Below, piece by piece: positions 56,401 through 64,000 of a DNA stretch of 64,000 nucleotides. The position numbers were made by a program, and so were the translations under genes. The notes below the pieces were generated by a model. The model had not been told where the DNA came from and made no database searches. It worked only from the letters and a program-made list of their open reading frames with translations. Position 1 is the stretch's first letter, and every line of letters begins with the position of its first letter. The DNA lies in IMG/VR virus record IMGVR_UViG_3300021963_000023, positions 62,001 to 126,000 of that record; one strand, given 5' to 3'.

Positions 56401-58191
56401 AAAGAAACACAAATACCAGCTAAACCTGGTACCGTTATTCCAGGTAAAACAGAATATGGTTCAGGAAAAACTGAGATTAAAAAAACCGAAATTAAAACAA
56501 ACAGAAAACCACCATTGGATGTTGTTAAGAAATTAATAATGAAGACATTGTCTGAGTGTTTTTATTTTAAAAAATTAGAAGAAACTGACCCAGTTGTTTT
56601 CAATTCACTTAAACAGAAATTTAGATATTTTCACCCAGCGTTTCACTCAATGACACCAGAAGGATTAAATGCTAGATTAACATTCTTACAGCAATGTATA
56701 AGACCTGGTGATACAATACCAATTAAAGGATTAAGTGTTGATAGTGATTCAAATATTGTTGATGCCAGAAATACAACATTTGGACCTCCACCTGTTTGTG
56801 TTTTAAGAATCGGCGATTTTTATCATTCAAAAATAGTAATTACAAATCTTAATATAACATTTGAAAATTCAACTTGGGATTTAAACCCTGAAGGTATTGG
56901 TGTACAACCAATGATTGCTGATGTTACATTACAAATAAATTTTATTGGTGGTCAAGGTATTAAAGAACCAGTTGCAAAATTACAAAATGCATTAAGTTCT
57001 AACTTCTATGCAAATACAGAAATTTATGACTATAGAGCGGATTCAACCGTAAATAAAGATGATTTAAAAAACTTTAATATTGATTTCTTAGAAAAATTAG
57101 TAGGTAAAGTTAAAACACCAGATATAGCCGGTATTGATACATCACAAAATCCTAAGAAAGAGGGAAAATATATTGGTACCTTAACAACAACACAAATGAG
57201 TTACCAGCAAAATAGAGATGATTTATTAGCTGCAACAAATGAGTATTTTGATAAATTTAAAGACACATATAATAAATTATTAAAAACTTATGGTAATGAA
57301 ATTCTACCGTTATTTATATCACCAACATATAGAACAACAAATCAATTAGATGTTCAGAATACTATTAGTACAACAACTCAGATAACATTATTAGGTAACT
57401 ATAAGAAGACAAGAGATTTTACAAATCTATATGGTAGATTAGAAACAAAACTTTTAGAAAAAGTTTCAGCATCTGACCATAATATTGTATTAGACTTTGA
57501 TATGGATTTGGGTTCAACAAAATACGAGAGATCTAGAGCTATTATTGATCCTTATATTAAAAACACAGTAACCGAATTTTTAAACAGTATCAAGGATGAA
57601 CAAATGATAAAAGAACTTGAGACTAATAGAAATAAATTTATTGAGTTTATTGATGGGTTTAATTTTATCATGGAAACTAATGGTAAAGACGCTAGAATAG
57701 ATAAAGAAACAACAACGGTTGTTAGCTTAACGGATTTTAACGTTCAAAAATTATATGAGCAATATGATGAAGTGGTAAACCTTGTAAAAGACAAGCATTC
57801 AATGTTTACTGCTGAGTTAAATACATCAATTGACTTTGCTGATCCATCATTTACAGACGATCTTTACAAACAACTATTGGCGTTTATAATTAAAAATAAC
57901 GTTGATAAAATTTTAAAAGAATACGAGAATTCACCAGATAATAAATTATTTGATAAAAATGCTATTAACAAAATAGAAAGAAGATTAAATAAGTTTATTA
58001 AAAAAGCATTAGACATTGACGAGAAGAAATTTAAATATAAAAAGGTACAGAATAAAAAAGAATTTAAACCATACGCGGTTACAATTACTGGATCAATAAC
58101 AGGCCCACAACAAGAAAAATTGAACAACGTACATGGTTTAAAAGATAATTCAACAGAATCAAAGTTAAACTTTTCTAAAGTTATTAAATAA
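53416..58191 (+). CDS. large baseplate hub/tube-initiator protein with inserted OmpA-like domain
   Basis: Tube-like motifs LGRPEPIYTYQNTERS and PPVCVLRIGD; YNIKLSYRRSDSIV OmpA-C-like motif. Confidence 0.6.
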   Translation: MPSYLDFDATKRFRDELLSKTLNAPNGPQTFSSSNYPIQKTNSFPNKDQGDVILNQQTSRDAQIISTGTSNRFAPENGDYVVVEDVRNITSIDNVGIYPYFPINSGILGRGLIGALDSKNYEFESKLAKFANYHISESPDGPVQARIRQNLQTATLGRVRALDALNGNLSTAINLVTGKEKLIERNYKITVAKTLPGKLIDFVQTVAGVEFPFSEIPGDYLTNPANPVINRPVPQSEFGKIFQDATGVLGSLLGIQRRPKASRKPSDLMLEYLSDGQKGVLYDNLSFSTYAPNYTTTARSQNSSKLFNFVDKIAAGINKVIGREAPAGKAYIGDDRGNDVKNVIADFNDNKTRSPYYLSLMFDETATKLFHSERNISERGPIPGKLTWYSPNSKNKLGVHNLEYQSESSVFEETLSTKYAFRDDSILGKTQELLNSLPKDGGLSRSHVANVIDQTSRIFREGDTLLSRGSAIKYIDKATGKQDGTEYCRVWTKDRSYMNYSDTMKRTGLIRKVEDSVLSTPWNLNIAPMSNGNGSFDKSSTNIDAVAGKVKKYMFSLENLSWKTSNKFGYTYNDLPYCERGPNGGRVMWFPPYDLKVNETNSASWDKNNFLGRPEPIYTYQNTERSGTVSFKVIVDHPSILNLLIKEISDEQAEEYLNSVFAGCQDIDFYTLVRKYTTLDRSDLELIQAYLEYYRDGKTVDISDSLEFINIAGESTVTPETTTGGSEASSVLGTATNYTGFLFFPNDYPKPQNDIYSNQDYGQIYSGYTTADKKALFNTTLNTELTKILTVNTPNNKSDVKTIYGSETPTETTSALVTRTQGQITSAFQKLEGNYTSLTDTLNAIKAELVKNSLKSIEIDLESSTSFVADEKYNIKLSYRRSDSIVKHIIKTLSKNNDIPSTLSKYWKKTISELDSNPGEVKDSKTLNLKDLGYGDDVNGDIIINFTNKGENATRSGPEGYDCHKQEIKNTGGLKEYAPVTFYCRSVEVKINAYPKETQIPAKPGTVIPGKTEYGSGKTEIKKTEIKTNRKPPLDVVKKLIMKTLSECFYFKKLEETDPVVFNSLKQKFRYFHPAFHSMTPEGLNARLTFLQQCIRPGDTIPIKGLSVDSDSNIVDARNTTFGPPPVCVLRIGDFYHSKIVITNLNITFENSTWDLNPEGIGVQPMIADVTLQINFIGGQGIKEPVAKLQNALSSNFYANTEIYDYRADSTVNKDDLKNFNIDFLEKLVGKVKTPDIAGIDTSQNPKKEGKYIGTLTTTQMSYQQNRDDLLAATNEYFDKFKDTYNKLLKTYGNEILPLFISPTYRTTNQLDVQNTISTTTQITLLGNYKKTRDFTNLYGRLETKLLEKVSASDHNIVLDFDMDLGSTKYERSRAIIDPYIKNTVTEFLNSIKDEQMIKELETNRNKFIEFIDGFNFIMETNGKDARIDKETTTVVSLTDFNVQKLYEQYDEVVNLVKDKHSMFTAELNTSIDFADPSFTDDLYKQLLAFIIKNNVDKILKEYENSPDNKLFDKNAINKIERRLNKFIKKALDIDEKKFKYKKVQNKKEFKPYAVTITGSITGPQQEKLNNVHGLKDNSTESKLNFSKVIK

Positions 58192-58511
58192 TGAATCAAT
58201 ATTTTAACAGATATGAGTATTTCCTAGAGGATGGTGAATTTAAAATTGTACCAGGAATTGAAATACCACCTAAATCAACTGACAAGTACGTAAAGTATAT
58301 AAAGGGTAAAGATAGGTTGGATAAGATGTCTCAAGAGTATTATAGCACCCCACTTTTTGGTTGGTTAATTCTACTATCCAACCCTAAGGTAGGTTCAATT
58401 GAGTTTGAAATACCTGATAATTCAATTATTAGAATACCATTTCCACTTATTAATTCTTTACAAGAATACAAAAAGAACGTAGAATTGTATAAACTATATT
58501 ATGGGGAATAA
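58191..58511 (+). CDS. LysM-like baseplate wedge protein (gp53/gpX-like)
   Basis: DRLDKMSQEYY..P..GWLIL..NP...IRIP. Confidence 0.7.
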   Translation: MNQYFNRYEYFLEDGEFKIVPGIEIPPKSTDKYVKYIKGKDRLDKMSQEYYSTPLFGWLILLSNPKVGSIEFEIPDNSIIRIPFPLINSLQEYKKNVELYKLYYGE

Positions 58512-61500
58512 CAAATTAAATCAAAATGAAAACATACTAGTAGTAGTCGATCAGCAAAACATTGTACATATCGATCCTAATACTGTTATAGATCAAGATG
58601 GTCAACTACAAAGTAGATTGGTTGATCATGAGAATCTAGTAATGTATGTTAACCTAGAAGCTGATTTGGTACCCAGAAGTGTTTTTTACTCGGATTCAGA
58701 AAAAAGCACATTAACATCATTAGCATCAGGTAGATTTAACATGATGCGAAATCAAGGAGATAAGAATGAGTTTGAAAATAACTTTGATACCAATTGGACA
58801 GAGACATTTGTACCAGAAGCAATACTAAGTACTAATGTTAATGAACCAAAAACTTATGACCCTACAGCACAAACATTTGGTATAGAAAGTATTAATATAG
58901 TTGTTAAAGGAGCAAATAGCATACCACAAGTATCAATTAATTTTATTGATGTTAGAGGTAAAACATTATTTGATTCACCTAAAAACTCACCATATAAAGC
59001 GTTTTTTCATCAACCCTGGCCAATATTTTATCTAACTGTTAAAGGGTATTATGGTAAAGCCATTAGATATAGAATCCAACTCGTAGATTTTAAAACCAAA
59101 TTTAATGGTAATACTGGTAACTTTGAGATATCAACAAAATTTGTTGGGTCAACGTATGCTTTTTTAAATGATATTTTACTTCAAAATATTGTTAATGCAC
59201 CATACATGTATATGGTAGAATCTAGCGAACCATATAAAACTAATCCAAAGACTGGATTCATCGAAAAGAAAATATCAAAAACAACAAAGGGATTTTCAAT
59301 TTTAAAATCAGTTTATTCTGATTATAAAGCTAAGGGATATATTCCTAAAGACTTTCCGGTAAAAACGCTTAGAGAACTTTTAATGACCGCAACGGGATTA
59401 GAAAGTATTATTGAAAACGCACTTTTTAGTGAAACTGTTAGTCCTAATGTTTTAAGTGATGTTTCAGAATTTGATAAGATTCTAGGGAATCTAGAGAAAA
59501 CAGTTATTTCATGGAGCAATAGATTTTTAAATTCTACCGATATTGTTAAAGAAGATGGGGACGTAATTTATTACGCTTTAAATAAAGCCACAAATGATAG
59601 AACACAAACATCAAGTGGACCTATTAGCGGCGATATAATAAGTGGTACAACCAACAACTTATCACTTAAAAGTAGAATAGACAAATATATTATTGATTTA
59701 GAAAACAATTCTGCGTTTGGTAAAAAAATAGAAAACAAACAGAAAATTAAAACTAAAACAATATCATTAGATTCAATAAGAAATATTGGTGATTTTTTTG
59801 TTTTTAATAATGGTAAGTACGGCGTTGCAAACGAAAAACTAGTTGAAAGAATTAAAAAAATTCAAAACGAATTTATTACCAGTAGAGATTCAGTTGAAAC
59901 AGATGTTGAAAAAGCAATAAATGAAGTTGTTAAAGATAATAAAAAAGGTGGTTTTGGATTTGAACCAACCATTAGGAATATATTTGCTGTTATTTTAGCA
60001 AATGCTGACACATATGTTCGTTTAATGAAAGATGTTCATAGAAAAGCGATACAAAGATCTGATTTTAGAAAAAAAGAAATTGTGGGGATTAGTGATAATA
60101 AAGATGAAGTGATATATCCTTGGCCCGAAGTTAGAAAGAAAGGGAATAAAGAGCAATATGCATTTTATTATCCAGCAGATAGTCAAGTTGTTGAATCAAC
60201 AAAAGGTAAAAACTTTTCACTATGGCCTGAGGTTGAATTTGTAGAAACATATAATAGTGTTGCAACAAAAAGAGTGGATAGTGAAAGTGGTAAAGAAATT
60301 TTTCCATCTGACCTTATGTTTGTTTTTGATGGTAAAGATGAGTTAAGAGAAATTAAAAATGTAAGTACATTCTTTAAAACAGAAGATAAATACCCATATA
60401 CAGACAAATCAATAGCTTCAATTTTATATGAAATTTCTGAAAGGGCACAATATATAACATCATATAATAATTTTTCAGCAGAAAATGGATTAAATGAAAT
60501 TTGTGCAAATGAATTTGAAACGCTAAGTAGCGCGATAGATGGTGATATTGATATTAGGGAGGTTTTAAATCAACTAATTACAAGTCAACAGACACTAATC
60601 GACTATATGTCAAAATATTCAAAAAACGAAAGGTATCCATATTTTCAAGATAGACTACCAACAGTTGATTACATAAAAGAACTTGTAGATAGGGATTTTA
60701 ATATTATTGAATATAATGATGTTAAAACAACGGATGTTACAGATAAAGAATTACCAAGATTGCAGGCTTATATCGACAACTATGTTATTGATCCATACCG
60801 ATTAAAAGAATTTCCATTTAATTCTGATCTATATCAATCATATATTGGCAATAAGGTATTAGCAGAAAACGATTATAAATATTATAACATTTTTAAGGTA
60901 AATCAGGATGATAATTTTATCAGTTCACCAATTAATTCAAAATCTTGGGTTCTAAGTGCATACACTGAAAATATTTTTAATCAAAAAATAACACTTAGTG
61001 GACAAACAAGAAATTTACTTAACACACCATATTTTCATAAACAACTTTATAACGATTTTTTCAAAGGCGGCGTTTCAGAAAGATATGTTGGTTCGGCTTA
61101 TCTATTATTAAATTCATTACCATATAAAGATTTAGATGATATTATTGAATTTAATGAAAGTAAAATATTAATGTCATCTTTATTTAAAGAGGTTGCGGCC
61201 GCTCACTACGTTCCATATTATTTAATGTTAAAATGGGGATCAATTTATCATAGATATAAAAAGTATCTTAAAGAAAACGTTGACATATTAAGTGGTGTTA
61301 CTGTTTCTATAAATGGTTCTACCTTTTTTGATAACGGAACAAACGTATCTTTCAATCTTAGTGGGTTAACACCATCAATGAGTGCTGTAACGTATTCATC
61401 CAATTCATATGTTGGAGTTTACCCATACTATCATGGTATATTTCATCAAGTAGTTAATGGCTATAGTTTTTATAATCCATCTGGGTTTACAAAAACAAGT

Positions 61501-64000
61501 GCAACCGCCGTTAATGCTAGTGCGTTATACAATAATGCGATTACAAGTGGAATCACAAAATATATTTTAGAAAAACCAACCACAAAAAGTGGGTTCACAT
61601 TAACATCACTAGTTGATAACTCTAAATTTGAGACGACAGATGTTAGATATACAATTTTACCGTCTAATGGGGCATCTAAAATTGATAATATTGTTGATGA
61701 TTTCTCAAATTTATTACAAGATTCATTTAGAATAATATTAGATGATAGTGACCTAACTAAACATCCATTTTATAACGTTTTAAGTTTTCCGGCTTACAAT
61801 CAAATTATTAAAACAACTAATAATGAATTTTCATTAACTGGAGATAAGAAAAAAGTTATGGATCTTATTGCCACGTTTAGCCCTAAGATGTTAGATGAGT
61901 TTGAATCTATGTTTTTAGAATTTTCATCATTAGATTTAGATATTGATGCACCAAGGAAAAGTTCACACGACTATACTTCTTTCCAAGAAATATTGAAAGA
62001 AATATGTAGCATTGACAAAACAGGTATTGATTTCACAGTAGATGGAAATAGAGAAAAAATAATTAAAGCTCAAAATACTAAATTGGAGGCTTTAACTAAA
62101 AATATGTTAGATAATAAAAATCTAAGAAAATTAGTTATTGGTAACCCAAAACAAATTGATGATTATATCATAAATGGATTTGTTGGTAAATCTAAATCAT
62201 ATTTACCAAATCCATATAACGCGGGACAATTAACAACAGGTGTAACAGGAACAAATAAATTTATTGATTTATACATTGGACAACCTATTGAATTTTCAAC
62301 ATATACCGGTGTAACAGCAAACAGATACAATAACATATATGCTGACTTTTTTAGAGTTAATAATATTGAAATAACGGAAGAGAATATCTACTCACATAGA
62401 GAGCTTGCTAGAATATATGCTGGTTGGGTTAAAGATAATAAAGCAACCAATAATACTTTTATACCTACCAACGCATTATTTAAAACATATATAAAAACTG
62501 AAATATTTGATCCACAGGATTCTAGAATTTCATTTTTTTTACAAAACCTTATAAAAAAGTTTAAAGATTTAGGTAAGGAAAAAAATAAAGAGAAAATAAC
62601 ATTATACCATGGATATAACGAAGCTAAAACAACGAAATTAGATTTATATCAATATTTTAAATCGTTTAACGATAAGTGGATTGCTGGTAATGCGATTGGA
62701 CAAAGACATTTAATGGATGAGTTTTTATTCTTAGATAGGGCTAATAGAGATATTGGTGATAAAGCATATGTAAGTTTAGAAAGAATTATTTCTCTAGGTA
62801 GTGAGAAAAATGCAAAAATAGATTTATACAGTGCAATATCAACTTTGATACAGGGCACAAATTTTGATATGAGACCATTACCGGCTTACATTAATTTTTA
62901 TGGTACCAATACTAGTAATAAAAAAAGAATTATACCATCTAAAAACTTAGCTAGAAATTTATTCGGAACATTTTTAGATGTTGACTATCAGGACTCATCA
63001 CCTAAAATCATATTACAATATATTAATAAGACATCTCAATACTTGGATATGTCTATAGTTAATAAGGACTATAAATTTAAGAGTGACAGTTTTGATATTA
63101 AGGATACAAATAATAATCCATTAATTGTTGAACCAAGAATATTCATGGAAACAGATACTGCTAATTCAAATAGGGTTGTATCTTTTGAAGTTAATTTTGG
63201 TGATCAAGCTCAGGGTGTTTTTAAAAGTATATCATTAGATCAAAGCACATATAAAAACACAACAGAAAGTGCCCTTGCTCAAGAAAGATTGGCAAGATCA
63301 CAAGGTGGTGGTGGATCACATTCCGTGGACATAGGATTATTTGACATTTATAAAACAGCATCATATCAATGTAGTGTTACTTGTATGGGTAATGTAATGT
63401 TACAACCAACAATGTATTTCTATTTAGCAAATGTTCCAATGTTTAATGGGACCTATTTAATATTTGATGTTAGTCACTCAATAAAAGCTGGACAATTTGA
63501 AACATCATTTACTGGTGTTAGAATTTCAAACAGCACGTTACCATCTCTTGATAGTACGTTTATGTCTAGTTATAGACCATTATTTAGTAGACTACTATCA
63601 TCTGCGGTTAAGAAGAAACAACAAAGTATTCAAAATCCCACAACAGAAAAAACAATTACAACCAAGGATAAACAAACTATTAGTATTGATCCAGGTTTCC
63701 CAGTTGGTGGCGAAGATCTAAATAAAATAATTATAAACCAATCTGGGTTGTTATATGATATTATACCATATAATGGTGCAAAAGTCGGTGGTGCAAATGA
63801 AAAGTATATTCAATACATTGAGCCTAAAAAGGGTGAATTCTGGCTTAGAACAAGGGTGGCATTATTTGGTGGTTCAAAATATGACCCAACAGGTGAATTA
63901 CAATTAATTAGTGGATGGAATGCTTATCCAAATGTTCTTAAAACATATAATGATATTAAAGACACCCTTTTTGATTATTATTCAGTAAGATTACAAATCA
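58501..64000 (+). CDS. very large baseplate/tail protein, partial (over 1830 aa, no stop in window)
   Basis: ATG 58501 MGNNKLNQNENIL...; frame open at every point checked; late segment C.VTCMGNVMLQPTMYFYL...GTYLIFDVSHSI resembles hub (gp27/gpD-like) C-termini. Confidence 0.75.
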   Translation, partial: MGNNKLNQNENILVVVDQQNIVHIDPNTVIDQDGQLQSRLVDHENLVMYVNLEADLVPRSVFYSDSEKSTLTSLASGRFNMMRNQGDKNEFENNFDTNWTETFVPEAILSTNVNEPKTYDPTAQTFGIESINIVVKGANSIPQVSINFIDVRGKTLFDSPKNSPYKAFFHQPWPIFYLTVKGYYGKAIRYRIQLVDFKTKFNGNTGNFEISTKFVGSTYAFLNDILLQNIVNAPYMYMVESSEPYKTNPKTGFIEKKISKTTKGFSILKSVYSDYKAKGYIPKDFPVKTLRELLMTATGLESIIENALFSETVSPNVLSDVSEFDKILGNLEKTVISWSNRFLNSTDIVKEDGDVIYYALNKATNDRTQTSSGPISGDIISGTTNNLSLKSRIDKYIIDLENNSAFGKKIENKQKIKTKTISLDSIRNIGDFFVFNNGKYGVANEKLVERIKKIQNEFITSRDSVETDVEKAINEVVKDNKKGGFGFEPTIRNIFAVILANADTYVRLMKDVHRKAIQRSDFRKKEIVGISDNKDEVIYPWPEVRKKGNKEQYAFYYPADSQVVESTKGKNFSLWPEVEFVETYNSVATKRVDSESGKEIFPSDLMFVFDGKDELREIKNVSTFFKTEDKYPYTDKSIASILYEISERAQYITSYNNFSAENGLNEICANEFETLSSAIDGDIDIREVLNQLITSQQTLIDYMSKYSKNERYPYFQDRLPTVDYIKELVDRDFNIIEYNDVKTTDVTDKELPRLQAYIDNYVIDPYRLKEFPFNSDLYQSYIGNKVLAENDYKYYNIFKVNQDDNFISSPINSKSWVLSAYTENIFNQKITLSGQTRNLLNTPYFHKQLYNDFFKGGVSERYVGSAYLLLNSLPYKDLDDIIEFNESKILMSSLFKEVAAAHYVPYYLMLKWGSIYHRYKKYLKENVDILSGVTVSINGSTFFDNGTNVSFNLSGLTPSMSAVTYSSNSYVGVYPYYHGIFHQVVNGYSFYNPSGFTKTSATAVNASALYNNAITSGITKYILEKPTTKSGFTLTSLVDNSKFETTDVRYTILPSNGASKIDNIVDDFSNLLQDSFRIILDDSDLTKHPFYNVLSFPAYNQIIKTTNNEFSLTGDKKKVMDLIATFSPKMLDEFESMFLEFSSLDLDIDAPRKSSHDYTSFQEILKEICSIDKTGIDFTVDGNREKIIKAQNTKLEALTKNMLDNKNLRKLVIGNPKQIDDYIINGFVGKSKSYLPNPYNAGQLTTGVTGTNKFIDLYIGQPIEFSTYTGVTANRYNNIYADFFRVNNIEITEENIYSHRELARIYAGWVKDNKATNNTFIPTNALFKTYIKTEIFDPQDSRISFFLQNLIKKFKDLGKEKNKEKITLYHGYNEAKTTKLDLYQYFKSFNDKWIAGNAIGQRHLMDEFLFLDRANRDIGDKAYVSLERIISLGSEKNAKIDLYSAISTLIQGTNFDMRPLPAYINFYGTNTSNKKRIIPSKNLARNLFGTFLDVDYQDSSPKIILQYINKTSQYLDMSIVNKDYKFKSDSFDIKDTNNNPLIVEPRIFMETDTANSNRVVSFEVNFGDQAQGVFKSISLDQSTYKNTTESALAQERLARSQGGGGSHSVDIGLFDIYKTASYQCSVTCMGNVMLQPTMYFYLANVPMFNGTYLIFDVSHSIKAGQFETSFTGVRISNSTLPSLDSTFMSSYRPLFSRLLSSAVKKKQQSIQNPTTEKTITTKDKQTISIDPGFPVGGEDLNKIIINQSGLLYDIIPYNGAKVGGANEKYIQYIEPKKGEFWLRTRVALFGGSKYDPTGELQLISGWNAYPNVLKTYNDIKDTLFDYYSVRLQI

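Noticed and set aside
1-64000. Stop-codon reassignment, as in some large phages
   Set aside because: Core genes are full length in the standard code, and TAG and TGA both end genes at sensible positions (38799, 8271, 15533)

Overview
A 64 kb, AT-rich, densely coding slice of a large T4-like (myovirus) phage genome, read in the standard genetic code. The host is probably in the Bacteroidetes: there is a Bacteroidetes-type ribosomal protein bS21 gene, TAnnTTTG promoter elements, no evident Shine-Dalgarno sites, and a DUF4494-like gene. The window holds the head module (large terminase, portal, bS21 on the opposite strand, prohead protease, scaffold, major capsid), neck, tail and baseplate genes, a family B DNA polymerase, a SNF2 helicase and a gp55-like sigma factor. 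It also holds three glycosyltransferases, PhoH, dUTPase, an RNA ligase/kinase pair, a ClpC/Hsp20 pair and a KTSC/nucleotidyltransferase pair. Signals not explained by the gene list: (1) a sense-strand TATTTAT(A) motif in front of about 18 mostly late genes, often only 3-6 nt from the ATG, suggesting leaderless late mRNAs alongside a phage bS21; (2) a probable +1/-2 programmed frameshift at TTT-TTT-CGT in the tail chaperone gene; (3) a 16 x 8-bp repeat array and a parS-like palindrome flanking the tail tube gene; (4) recurrent [S/T]-G-x-T motifs in virion proteins in a genome region with three glycosyltransferases; (5) a family of modular proteins punctuated by prohead-protease-like sites; (6) a candidate small RNA; (7) an unannotated ribbon-helix-helix gene with phased repeats. 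All product calls come from recognising motifs by eye, with no database searches.
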